A stretch of 64,000 nt of DNA. Origin: Ostrea edulis. Taxonomy: Eukaryota. The notes under the pieces were generated by a model. That model did not search any database, was not told the origin of the DNA, and was given only the letters and a program-made list of their open reading frames with translations. The translations under genes and the position numbers were made by a program. The stretch is from the NCBI RefSeq assembly GCF_947568905.1, contig NC_079165.1, forward strand, positions 99,696,001 through 99,760,000. Reading direction: 5' to 3'. This document shows, in pieces, positions 35,613 through 48,436 of this stretch. How positions within the stretch are numbered: the stretch's first letter is position 1; every line of letters starts with the position of its first letter.

Positions 35613-38427
35613 TCACTGATAAGATCCAATCGTCATGATAATCCCAAATACCAGACTTAACAATGCAAACATAAACGCATACATCCAAAATAACAGCGCG
35701 TCTATTTTCTTGGCTATCTCCTGCCAAGTAAATTCCCTGTTTTCTTTCTCAGTATTTTGTTTGTTCACCTCATTTTCCTTTTCTGAAACAGCAATGACGG
35801 AAACCTTTGTGTCCTTACTCTTACAGCATGTAAACTTTGCAAAGGTGCGAAGATACCCAGGGATTTCTTCCTCTTCTGGCTTGAAGTGAATGGTTAAAAT
35901 GTGAATCGTGAAGAGTACTGACGAGATGCCGAGGCTGAGCATCACGTTCAAGTACACGGCTGTAAAGAGAAAAAATAGATGTGATAGACTAACAAATTCT
36001 TACAAGGGAATCTTGTGTAACAAAAATGACTATAAACTGCAGGCGCTTGTTTCACATACTTCCAAGTTATGCTATTTTAAAATAATTATAAAGAATTGGC
36101 CATGGCGGCGTAAAACCTATGACGTAAATATACATGTAGGTAGTGATTACTCCTTCACCAAATTACAAGTGAGAATCACGGGTCTTTCGGATATGACCTT
36201 AAAAACGGAGGTCCTGTGTTGCGACAGGGGTGACCATGGTAAAGAACCCTCGCTGCTGCGGCGCTGAGCAATGGTACTTTATCTACAGCTGGTGATGTAT
36301 CAATGTGAGTGAAATATTCTCGACGGGACGTAAAACAATCAATCGAATGTTTAACGGAGAACCCCTTCATGCCTATCCCATCTCTTGTCTTACATCGGCC
36401 CCTCGATAACGCTGACATTGAATTTCGAATGAAATGCGTCATTGCTCATGCTTAAAATAATGTATTAGACGCGCTCCCATAGTGCTAATCATTATATTGA
36501 TTTTTAAAAAATTTATTGTGATTCTTCTATAATTTGGTCATATTTCGCACACAAAAAACTATAAAAAATAAAAATTCTTCAAACAAGACCGTCATGCAGT
36601 TTCAACTTTTACCTGTTCTACTACCAATATTCCCACGAATACCGATAGCCTGTAACACATCGTGGTCACTAAACCGGAAGTTGCGAGTCGATAGGCCCAA
36701 TTCGAGGGTCAATGTCAATATCATGGAGGGGGCGATGCAAGAGAGCAGGTAGGAGGTACAAGAATGGGTTCCCATGTGATTTTTCATCGCTAAGATCGAG
36801 AAGTAAATAAAAAGGAAGGGACTGCAGCGGTGAAATGTACAGTTTGGTCGCAAAAAGTATTATTAGCATGACTTAAAGCTGTATGGTCCGAATTACAATA
36901 TTTTTTTTCCATCTCGTAAAAACGCTATTAAATCATCGCACGTATGTAGTTATGAGGCTGTATGACATATCATACATTATTTCACCTTTTTTAACCAAAA
37001 TTGATTGATTTTAAATCGATGTTTACAAATAAACGCGTCACTGCCATTTCAAGTGACAGTCACGTGACCAATTCAAACTTTCAGATCATCTCTGGTCTTA
37101 TCTTTGTAAAGCTGTGTATTTTGTTACAACAGTACCGTGCCATAAGTCTAATAGAAATAAAAATATCAAATACCTCTTAGTAATTCGTGTTATTTTTACG
37201 CTCTTTCAGCCTTAAAACTAGACAGTTGCGTTTGACTTAATACATCATGCATTCCCCTGACGCGCGTGGGTCTATTTATAGACGTCTATTTATCGGATGA
37301 TTTATATATGTACCACACTATATTTACTTTCTAAATAATATTCTCACTGTTTTCTTTTACATGCAGATGTTTTCAAGCATGTAATTAAGGGAACGTTAAT
37401 AACTTTATAAAGTAATTAATCTGCTGTAAAGTAATTATGTACAAAAATAATACATGAACATCGGGTCATACAGCTTTAAAAAGTTTAAGAGACAAGCGTA
37501 TGTGCTTTAGGCGCTTAATATCACGTAAGGCGAAATATGCAGGTGATTTCTTTTGTATGCCTATCAAAATCGCCTTTGATCTCTGTGAAAACTTTTTTAG
37601 ATTAACTGATTTTGCACACAAAAATTACCGTATTTCTAACGTGATTGAGTTCATTAGAGACATTTTCCTTATATCGTTCTCTACTTTACCTGCTCTTTTT
37701 CCATGGAAATTCTGACATGGAAGGTACAGTATTTGAAAATGAAATAATGCAATACATTATGTATACGTACAAATATAAGAGGTATGTGTAGACGTTGTCG
37801 GAATGTTGTCTGACACCAGAGTCAGGTAGACGGCAAACGCCAACAAAACAGTCAAACAATAACCAAGCTTCTCTCCAGCATCGACCGGAATTCTGAAGAC
37901 AAAGCATGTCATGGAAACCAACAAAAACATCGGGATAATTGTGTTCATCAGATGAAATCCTATACGACGCTTGAAAGTAAAGCTAAAGTTGATCTGCGAG
38001 TAAGGAACCAAATCACGGTATGTGATTGAAGTTGACGAGGAAGTTGTTACTAATGTCCATTCGCCGTTCTCTTGGTATGCAGTCTGCACAATAGGAACTT
38101 TGCCCAGTTTCAGAGATAGCTGGTTGTTAGAGTAACCTCTAGTTGTCAGCGTGATGACACACGTCTGTACGTCAAATGGATAGTATGTGGTATCGATGTC
38201 ACATGACGTGTCATAGACGTCACCTGGGGTCCACGTAATGTCCCCAGTCTTGAGAATCTCTATTGGTAGAGTGAGATCACTGATCAATCCTAAATCACTG
38301 ACTCTGTAGAAAAATATGGTACAGCGTAATTTGTAATTGAGCTTCTTTTTACCATTATTCCCATGGGAATCCGGGTTAGAATAGGTTGGTTGGTTGATTG
38401 CATATTGTTTAACGTCCCACTCGAGAT

Positions 38428-38461
<34 letters not shown>

Positions 38462-41400
38462 TGAAGGGCTGCAAAATTTAGGCCTATGCTCGGCGCTCAC
38501 CGCCCTTCAGTAGGGAAGGATCTTTAACGTGCCACACCTGCTGCGACAAGGGGCATCGGTTTTTGCGGCCTCATCCGAAGGATCGCCTTACATAGTCGCC
38601 GCTTATGACAAGCAAGGGAGTACTAAGGACCTATTCTAACCCAGATCCCGGGATACTATTCTGATATGATACTGTGGAATAATTATTGTTCGTGGGGGAT
38701 TGATGTTCGGGGTCACTTTTTTCTAAACAAAGTCGAGTTATCTCTCCTAGTGACATCATAGTGCTTACCCGCGAAATGACACCCCAACGAACCAGCAAAA
38801 TTTTGCTTACCCACGAACATTGGCCCCCACGAATAAATGAACAGGCCCCTTATGTACGGGGGAAAGGAACATCAACAGCCCCCCCCCCCCCCACTTTTAG
38901 GAATCTGTATTTGAAAAAATTGAAATCGAAGAATATTTGGCTTTGACTATTCACTTCCTTAATTAGAAATGACTTTAAGGGGCTGTATGTATAGATATGA
39001 TATTGCTAATAAGAAAAACGTATTCTCTGTAACATTTCATGATAAAATACCATTTTGATAATATACATGTACATACGAATTTTCCACCACAATGGGAGGA
39101 GTGAAGACTGTACTCTCTGTGCTGTAAATGGCCTGGATATCATTATTGTACAGATTATTATTTGTCCAATTTAGGCGGGAATCCAACCACGTCTGAAAAC
39201 AGAAACACAAAGCTTTGAATCTATTGCACCTCACACCTTACGTTCGCCTTATTATTGAAAAATCGTTAGAGTGAAATTCACACTCAAAAACCTAAAAATG
39301 CCAGATCATACGGCATCATCATGTTATTCGCTCCGCGGAGCGAATTAGCATGTACACTATGGACTTTTAAAAAATATAGTTTTTGATCTGATCATGACGA
39401 ACTCTTTGACATCATTAAGGGGTAAGCAGTGTTTAACTTTAAACCTTATTGACCGGCTCGGATATTGGTGCGAAAGGGTCATTGACGCGAGAGGAAACCG
39501 GAAAACCCGGATGAAATCCACTTCTTTGTTTGAACTATCTACATGTATCACAATACCCTTTCACATACAACCACTTCCGATCCTGAGGATCAAACTTGAG
39601 TCGTAGCGGTGAGAAGCAATTGTGTTAACCACCACGCTACCCGGACACTTAAATAGTTGACCCCCAATACAAAATTAGAAAACCTCGATTTTTGCATACA
39701 TGTATAATGCACATGGAATTCAATTGTTCTCTCCACAGTTTCCAACACAGGGAATAAGAGCCGCTATTCTCAAATATCTAATTGAATAGAACTTCAGTAA
39801 AATAAAGCAAATACTTGTGCGTCACATCACGTGACTGACCCAGTCATGTGACTCCGCCCGGGGTTAATTATTTGTACATTCATTTGTTAAATTATACCAT
39901 TGTGGTTCTTGAGAAATGCATTTTGAAAAAACGAAGCTCTTTGGTATTTTTCTATGTATAACGTTAAACACCAAAAGCAGCCCGACCCTGCTCATGGATA
40001 TTATGATTTGAATTACACTATACGAGCATATTGATTTGATAACTGTACCAAAGTGGTTATCATACGAGAATATATTTATTGAAGTTTCAGCTCTTGGTCA
40101 ATTACTTTTTTAAATGTCTGTTTTTCTACTATTCTTCTTTAGATGGGCACGGCGAATGTACAAGTAGGTCCCTACTCAAACTGGAAGACTAATAGACTGA
40201 AGTATTGTTAAGGATGGATTCTTCTCTTACTTGCAAGTATTGGATGCCTTGAAATGTGATGTTTTAAGTGATAAACTATAGACTACGTGTATGAAAAGTG
40301 AGGATAACGAACAGTGATCAATCTCATAACTCCTATAAGCAATACAAAATAGAGAGTTGGGCAAACACGGACCCCTGGACACAGCAGAGGTGGGATCAGG
40401 TGCCTAGGAGGAGTAAGCATACCATGTTCACCGGTCACACCAGCCAAGAGTCCTATGTCTTATCCGTAGTCAAAATTTGTGTGCCAAGAACGGCCTAACA
40501 ATCGGTATGAAACACGTCAGACAGCATTTGACCAAATGATAGGTTATATTGGCAAATTAGATCGTTATAACGACCATAGAATTTGCGAAATGCTGATTGT
40601 AAAGGAGACTGTTGAAACCCCTGCACCATCAGTTTGTTTTTCAGAAGCCTGCCTCGACTTAAAAACTAACCATACGCTGAACAAGTTCTTGCGTATCTAA
40701 TCAGTTGAGAGATATAAACACCATATGCAGGTGATAATGGAATATTGCTACATTAAATTAATATATTGCTTGTTGACAATGGAGAAGCTGAAATAATCCC
40801 GTTTTTCATAGAGTTGAGTTATTAGTTTGCCGTTATTATCTATTTTCAATAAAACACTCAGTATATAAGTATGAAGCAGAAAAGGACAACTCTTTGTTGT
40901 CTTTTATTTCGAGTTCACAGGGAAATATCGAATCGACATATGAATTAAAATTATCATTGTTAATAGATAAAATGTCGTCGATATATCTGAATGTCGAATT
41001 GAAGACTACAGCGAGAGATTTTTTATTTTCTTGTAGAAATCTTTGAATAAATTCTGCTTCATAAGAATATAAAACATATCGGCTAACAAAGGAGCACAAT
41101 CATGGCCGTGGGAATTCCAACGGTGTTTAACGAAGTAATTTTTTTTTAGATGATTGATCACTAGATATGAATATTTTCGTTTCCATTTTTGTTGAAAAGG
41201 CAACTGTCTATGATGTCAAAGAGTCTAGTCTTTAATTTATCATGAACAATGGTCGTATAAAGTGTTGAAAAGTCATACGCTTTTATATTGATTTGAGAAA
41301 AGTTTTGCGATTTCAAATTTACTAAAAATTCTTCAGATTGTTTTTAGAATCCAGTTTTGATTTACACCATTTCTGACATATCTAGTCGCACAGTACGTTT

Positions 41401-44400
41401 TTTGTCTTTTAAAGAGATCCTTGACATTTGATTTGAACTGGCATTGGGAGTATTTAGCAGTGGTGTATTACAAATTTGTCAAGATTTGCAGTATACTAGT
41501 AAATACTATGTATGAACATATTTCTTTTTGCAAAGCAGAGCCCATAGATACTGGCAGATTCAATGAAATATTGGGTAGACTGAATTTCCTCTGATAAAAT
41601 TAGAATTTGAATAATGATTGTTTCTGTCAAATTCTATATGTATTACTATTTATTCGTTTCATCAATATTCAGTTTTAGTTGACTTTGTTTATCACACATG
41701 AACTATATTATTAAGGTTTGAGCAGTAGTGCGTGTTGATGAAGTAGATTCAGTTTGTATTATCTTCATCCTCTGGTTTTGAATTTCTATATTTGATTACA
41801 TGTTTCATTGCCATTTTAAGGATTTGCTCTTCGTAATTATTTTGATTGCAAGTTATGTACTTTGTATTCTTGTAGTGAAGGTTTTAACGTGATTCATTGT
41901 GTCTGTAAGATTTCAATTCAAATCATTTAAAGGACATATTTTTATCTAAAGTGTGTTTTGCCAACATACAAAATTTCTATGTAGGTATCTTAATTGTATT
42001 TGACATTTTTCACACAAACACAGACATACTACAACGATTTCTGTCTTATTTGATCTATAATGTTATTTTACAATATTGTAGGTCAATGCATTTAGTTATT
42101 TGTATAGAAATGAATTGAGAAGCAACATTTGCTTCACTGCTCGATTGAATCGTGCGAAAAACAAAATCATTTCATGAATTGACTATGAATTTTATGTTCC
42201 GTGGATGAGTATGTATACCTTTCATGAGACACATTTTGATTCCAGTTTTCCGGGAGAATATGTGATAGCATGTCAAACCAGTTCTCCATGTATTTATTCG
42301 TTTTGCTTAATACAACATTAGATATTGAATTACCGTAAGTTCTTTAGCGCATCTGGATTGAGTTGGCTGAGTAAACCTTTACTTTGTATTTTTTTTTATA
42401 ACGCTTTATTTTCAGACATTCATATTTTGTAAGTTCATAGGTTCTTATTTGTTATTCTATTTATTTTTAAAATTTTCTTGTAATAAAATTACCTTATTTA
42501 TTATAATTATGAAAATTATATAACAGTTTAGACTGTTGAAGACTAATCTAAATGTGAAATCTGTCCCACTGTAGTGGTCGGAGACGTGGATATGGACGTG
42601 GACATGGATAGAGAAGACAGAAAACCGCCAACGAGAATCCATCCGCGAAATACAAGGAATTAACTGTGCAGTGCACTTCAAATATCTTTAATGAACAGGA
42701 AAAGTTATGGATTTACCACTCACTGTAGAGCAGGCAAAATAACATAGGACACAATCTGAACTAGACCGAAGAGGGCAAGAGAGACGTTGGACGCCAACAA
42801 CAACTTGGAGATTTGAAGTTGAAGTCAATCTGGTTGTCATGAAGTAAAGCGAAATATACAGCACATGACAAATACATGTAGAAAGATATGTTATGAAGGC
42901 ACAATGCTCTTTTAGTGCATTAAAGGATTGAATAAGTACACTTTACATAAAACCAATTTTGCCATACACGTGCATGTGTCATATAATCACTGTTTTGCTT
43001 AAAAAGTTCTGAAAAATAGCCAGTCTCTAATATGTATTTTCACAACACTGATATTTTGTAGTATTTAATCCATCTCTCCTTATATTCTTCGTGAAACATA
43101 TATAGATATACACATGCGTATATAATTATATGATATAAATTTGTTTGACACTTTCATACTTACAAAGGAGAAGTAGGCCACCGATGACATGGTTTGGTCT
43201 CGTGTGTTCTGAAACAATTTTTCCACCTTTAAGTGTACAGTCCATAGATCCGCGCCGTATACTCTGTGCAAAGTATAAGGCGCGGATCTAAGAGTCTGAT
43301 TTTAATTAGATTGTACAGCCCACTGAATACTAGTAAAAGAAAGGTAATACATGTATATAGTAAATTAAGTGATAAATATTACTGTAAAACCATTTTATTT
43401 GCAAATTAGTTCCGATATGTTTTCAAATTAATACAATATTCATGACAGACATTATTTATTTCGCCTGCAGCAGAGATTAAGCAATGCATTACATATAGTT
43501 ATGGCGAAAAATATCCAAACTCCGATGTTCTTTAGATATTGATATGCTGTTTTGTATTGGATATGACTAAATTAAGGTATGACGGAATCTTTATATCAAA
43601 TACACATTTCTAGAAAGGTTTAAATGGACACAAACAAGGCCTATTTTCATACAGATAATATTTTTAAATTGCCTAAGGTACATTCCAATTATTTTTATAC
43701 GATTACTAGAATGTTTTGATTACAAGTTGTCAAAGATCTTTGACAATAGTCTAACATTACTTTTGATGACCTTGTATTCTGTATACTAAAACACGGACAC
43801 ATATTTTTTCATTACTGACCAAGTCTTTGATAGAGAGGAGCTTGATGTTGCATCCGATGATCACTGTCGATGATGGCCTGGAATCTTTTTCGTAGGAAGT
43901 GAATAAGCTTCTTCGTAAGGCGCCCTCCGAGCTCCACGAATATATTGCATTGGCAGAGGAAACTGAAACAAGAATTCTGTTTTTATTTAGCGTGTTCGGG
44001 ATGTGTTTGATTTACTAAAAATAATAATTCCTAAATGAACTTTGTAATGCATTTATACACATATCTCTGAATAGCCATGGGATATTGTCAACATAACTTT
44101 ATAAGAATGAGCCGTGTTGCAACTTTCATTGTAAAAAAAATACCTTTAATGTTTAAAATGAATTCCAGCTACGGATCATGCAATAGAGATAATAGGTTAT
44201 AAGTTATTTACCCTTAAAGAATGTGTGTGTGTTTGTGTGTGTGTCAAATGTACCCGTTTTACAAACATTTGATATTTGGTTTAAGAAAAATTTGTGCGAA
44301 TCGGAAAATATGATGACTTAATTCCTATAGTCTGTAATTATATAAAATAAATTAGAACACGAACAGCAATGAAAATGCATTACGACCCAAATTTCACACT

Positions 44401-44814
44401 CGTTTTATTGCTCCATGTACATGTGGTAATTTCAGTTGTAGGTGTTGTTTTTCTCCACGCCTTGGTAGTTTTAGTACGACTCTGTCTTTGTTTTTATTTC
44501 CTTAACTTAGTTTTCGTTTTTTTTTTTGTAAATAAATATCAACTTGTTCGTGTCATATATATATATATATATTTCAAAACTATTTTAAACTGTAACGCCT
44601 GAGGAGTATGAAATGAAATGCGTTAAAACAGAGCAGAATGAGGGTTACCACATGACATGATGTACGTTTTGAAATGACAGAAGATTGACATTTAAAATAA
44701 ATTCTAACAGAAAATCTCAATACTATTTCTTTCTCAGCATCATGGAAGATATAAAATTTCTTTCTACTCACCCATCGAGAGTATCAGATATATCCACATA
44801 CATGTACTTCCCAT
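35613..44814 (-). CDS. Cys-loop ligand-gated ion channel, nAChR-like non-alpha subunit (gene A); exons 44814..44772, 43962..43820, 43208..43164, 39192..39077, 38303..37771, 35959..35613; 408 aa
   Basis: GT-AG introns with consistent phases, 1227 nt open. Signal-peptide-like start MGSTCMWIYLILSMG, WLDSRLNW, Cys-loop CDIDTTYYPFDVQTC, M1-M2 PVDAGEKLGY, M4 after WQEIAKKID. No vicinal CC in loop C. Exon 1 is the least certain. Confidence 0.88.
36180..36345 (+). mobile_element. SINE family S, diverged partial copy
   Basis: TTCGGATATGACC..AAAAACGGAGGTCCTGTGT core and GACGTAAAACAATCAATC tail. Confidence 0.6.
36877..37475. mobile_element. MITE with TTAA TSD (Kolobok-like ends)
   Basis: TTAA|AGCTGTATGGTCCGA ... 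TCGGGTCATACAGCT|TTAA: 15-bp TIR with 2 mismatches. Confidence 0.75.
38389..38652 (-). mobile_element. SINE family S copy
   Basis: Full-length reverse copy in gene A intron 4. Confidence 0.8.
39420..39646 (-). mobile_element. Second tRNA-derived SINE, diverged
   Basis: Minus strand GTCCGGGTAGCGTGGTGGTTAAC (A box), AGTTTGATCC (B-box-like) and CCGGGTTTTCCGGTTTCCTC core. Confidence 0.55.
40290..41480 (-). mobile_element. Decayed Penelope-like (Naiad-type) element, RT core to 3' UTR
   Basis: Remnants of YDFSTLYTT..HDKLK (~41270), CAPLL, YEAEFIQ and TFRYIDDILSIN (catalytic YIDD), followed by the shared UTR. May extend further 5' (to ~42400), which I could not resolve. Confidence 0.75.
42740..42940 (+). 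mobile_element. Possible RTE-type LINE 3' remnant
   Basis: Frameshifted EEGKR..GR(P)TTTWR-like translation followed by an ALCS-like segment. Highly decayed. Confidence 0.3.
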
Positions 44815-45984
44815 CTTAACAAAATAAGGCAATCGGGAAAGTAAAGCCATGCTCATTACATTCACATAGGAAAAATACTTCTTTGAGTTGTTTAATTTTA
44901 CATATACAAATAAATAAAGATCGGCTCTATGTAATGATGACGAAAGGGATTTACTTTATATTCTTGTATAGGTCACCGAAGTATACGTTTGAAAACATTG
45001 GTTAGTAGCATGCATTGATAATTTGTAGGCATAATGTATTACTATTTTGTTGGCCAGTAAAGGTAGAATGTACTGTTTGGATTTAAATATCAACAAAGAA
45101 TGGTAACTTTCCTGTTGAGCTAAACAAGAATGAAGTTAAATGTCCACACATCTTCAGTTTTAAAATTCCCTAACAACCGAAAACAATATTCTGAGCACGA
45201 AACAGTGACCGGTTCGGGAGTGTTTTTTCCCAAATAGAATCGTAAATAGTATAAGACCATTCCAAAATATCACCCTTTCTATAGCGTACATGTCTTTCTG
45301 ACAAAGTAAAATTCCGTGTTATGCCTAAGCAGTCCTGATGTAGATTTTTTTATTAATAAATAAAATAACTATTATTATTTAAGTCTCAAAATCTGTCAAA
45401 TGTATATACTATATATTAGAAAATATTCAAGTGTTCAAGTAAGATTTTACAACACCTTAGCACCTTTTCAATTGGAGCTTTTTCTAATCGTTTTAAAATG
45501 AGCTATATTTCAGTCATGGTAATGTAATTTGAAGTTCTTGTGATCTAAATTTTTGCTATCTTTAAATGAATTGCAGCTCATTCTAATTCAATGAGCGATA
45601 TCTTTAAATGAATTAAAGTTATTTTTTATGAAACACTTCAAGTTGGTGACGTCTCTACATAAGTGAAACATTCCGAATGAGACATATTGGTAATAGAACA
45701 AAGAAATATTCAACTGGCGAATAAGTGAAACATTCCGAATGATAATAGAACAATAATAGAACAAACAAATATTCAACTGGCGATAATTCACTTATAGCAC
45801 GCTATGATAAAATTACAACGTAAAAATCGCTCTTACTAACACTGAAGATATTGCTAAAGAGGCTTGTAATGCATTGTTCAGATACATCTCCGGGGGAGTA
45901 TACGTTGATTTGACCCTTCATAGTGAAACGCTGTGTATAGGCTTTGTCTGCTCGCTAATCCACACACATCGAATACATCAATAC

Positions 45985-46095
45985 ATAAATGTGCAAACGG
46001 GTGGAGTGAAGACTGTGCGTTCTGTGCTGTGAATGGCGTGGACATCATTATTGAACAGAATATCAGTTCAATTCTGGCGGGAATTCAACCACGTA
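45985..46095 (-). pseudogene. Orphan decayed copy of nAChR-like exon 4
   Basis: TWLNSRQN*TDILFNNDVHAIHSTERTVFTPP. An extra T follows the acceptor AG, there is an in-frame TGA, and the donor GT is lost. Confidence 0.85.
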
Positions 46096-46799
46096 CTGGA
46101 ATTTGTTTATCATCCAGTCACCTGACGTTTGGACCCACACTTCCTCTCTTCTAGTCCCCCTTTTAATGTGAAAAAGAAAACAAAGGGAAGATATTTCAAG
46201 AACTTTCGTCGATTCTATTTCTATTAAATCTTATTATCAATTCCCAACGCCATTTTGCACTTTAATCAATCTTTTTAAGTTACCAGTTGCACTGAAGGAA
46301 AAAGGGGTTGTTTTTTTTTGTTGTTGAAAAAATCAAAGTCTCTATAATCTAGATTTTTTAAATGAAGTTAAAATGAGCATTGGTTTTGTCAAGGGAGGAA
46401 AATAGTAGTACTCAGAAAAAGCAAACGCTCTACCACTGAGCTGCTGCGACGAAGATAGGGTAGAGTTTTAATTATGGTTCATAGAAATTGAATGAAAATG
46501 TTCAATCTACTTACACGTTTTCTTCATAACCCCAGGACATCAAAACATCCGAACTGAGTACATAATAGTAATAAAAAACAAAACCCTTGGTCAAGATTGT
46601 GAGATTGATGTCCTCTATTCTAGCAGGTGTATAACGAGATCTATTGTTCGTATAGTGAACATGAGTTATTTCTATAAAATGTTCTTGTCAACTCCTGGAA
46701 TCAAACGACTAAGCCGTGAACCGGGATATCTGTTTTTAAAGTCTCACACAAAAGTCTAAGACCCTCTACTTTCACCTTTACGAAAGAGTGATAATTATT

Positions 46800-46892
46800 G
46801 TCGCGTAATATTTTTGAAGAGGCCAAGGCACTAGCGGGGTTTGAACCATGACATCGCGGTCACGAAGCAAACGCTCTAACCACTGGGCCAAC
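46800..46892 (-). mobile_element. tRNA-derived SINE head
   Basis: Minus strand TGGCCCAGTGGTTAGAGCG (A box) ... GGTTCAAACCCC (B box). Confidence 0.5.
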
Positions 46893-48436
46893 ATGAAAGA
46901 GGAGGGCTATAGTAGGAGGACGGGAGTCTTATCATGTATGACTCATACTGTGAAAATGCATTATTTCTTTTAATTTCGAGGAAAGTAGTAGTACTCAGAA
47001 AAAAGCCACTTTTATACAGCCAGTACTCCGTTTGGGAGACTTTATAATCGGTAGATTATAATCATATCTTCTTTAAAATTCTTCTTTTAAAGTCCAGGAT
47101 ACAAAAGAACTAGGGTGAACTAATAGCTCAAAGTCAGACTGTATAATGAATAAGGAATTTACCAAAACTGTAACTTGTTGTTTTGAACATATTTTATTGT
47201 ACATACGTAATATACAAAAGGATCAGAAACAAGTTCAAATAACTTACGAGTTCTTCTCCTTAAAAATATAACAATATATTATTGTAGAAAATTAATGTAC
47301 AAAAAATTTAAATTGAACATCAATTGAATCTTTTGGTTTCATGAATAAACGACTGAACATAAGAAAAAATACACTTGTCTGACTCAGAAGATAAAGTATT
47401 ATTACCCCAAAGTAGAAGGTGGACATCGATAATAACTAGATCATTTAACCTCAGCAAGCTATCCATTAATTTATATCTGTAACTTGTTAAGAGTTTAGGC
47501 GCAAGACAGGACTGTATGAATAATCTAGTGACAGAAACATTGAATTTTCAAGAATATTTCCCTTTATCATTGAATATATACAAGGGTCTGCGTTTCTTTT
47601 GGATGTTGTATAATATCAGGATTTATTTTCAGATGAAAAATAATTAAAAGGATTTGAATGTAAGTGAATTTTCGCGGTAAAATGGAGCTGTTTTATCAGT
47701 CACCCCCCCCCCCCCCCCAAAAAAAAACAACCCCCAACCTTTGGTAATAAACAAGACGCCGATGACTACGTATGGTGACAGAATGACCAAACAAACACAT
47801 ATAACTACAGATCAGGAAATTATATTTCCTGTCAATAGAATTCGCCCTCTTTGTCCAATTTCTCCGCAAAGCAGTTTTATAACGAAAATATAGCAAAGGT
47901 ATGACACTTTACAGACAAATAAGACCCCTCTAAAAGAGAGTTGTAGAACAGGTTTTTTTGTTTCTTTCTTTAACGTTTGAATCGAGAATTTTTAGTCGTA
48001 TCGAGGTGTGCTCAGCTGTAGGTGAAGGTTGAAGAATCACCAATCTAGTCCATGGCCCTCAGGACCGTAGCGGTGAGGATTGTTTTTCTTTATTTTGTCA
48101 ACGCTTGCGATGACAGCTAATCCTTTCTATGTTTTTCATGATAAATCATTGTTTAGATTTATCATAAACCCCCAAATCTGAAGTTAGTTGCCCAAAAATT
48201 TACGGGAGAAACAACTAAATGCAAAGTATCCCAGGGTTCTTGTAATCTAGTCACACACCATGAGCAAAGCAAACTCAGTCAGTCCACATTAGAGACTAGA
48301 CGCAATGGTTAACAGTAAACAATCTTACCAACTCAATCAAATCTCTTGAACATTATTAATTTGTTTTATTTTATTCCAAAGTCTGTAAGGCACATTGAAC
48401 TGTTACCAATTATGGAACAACACTTAGGTTACAGAA

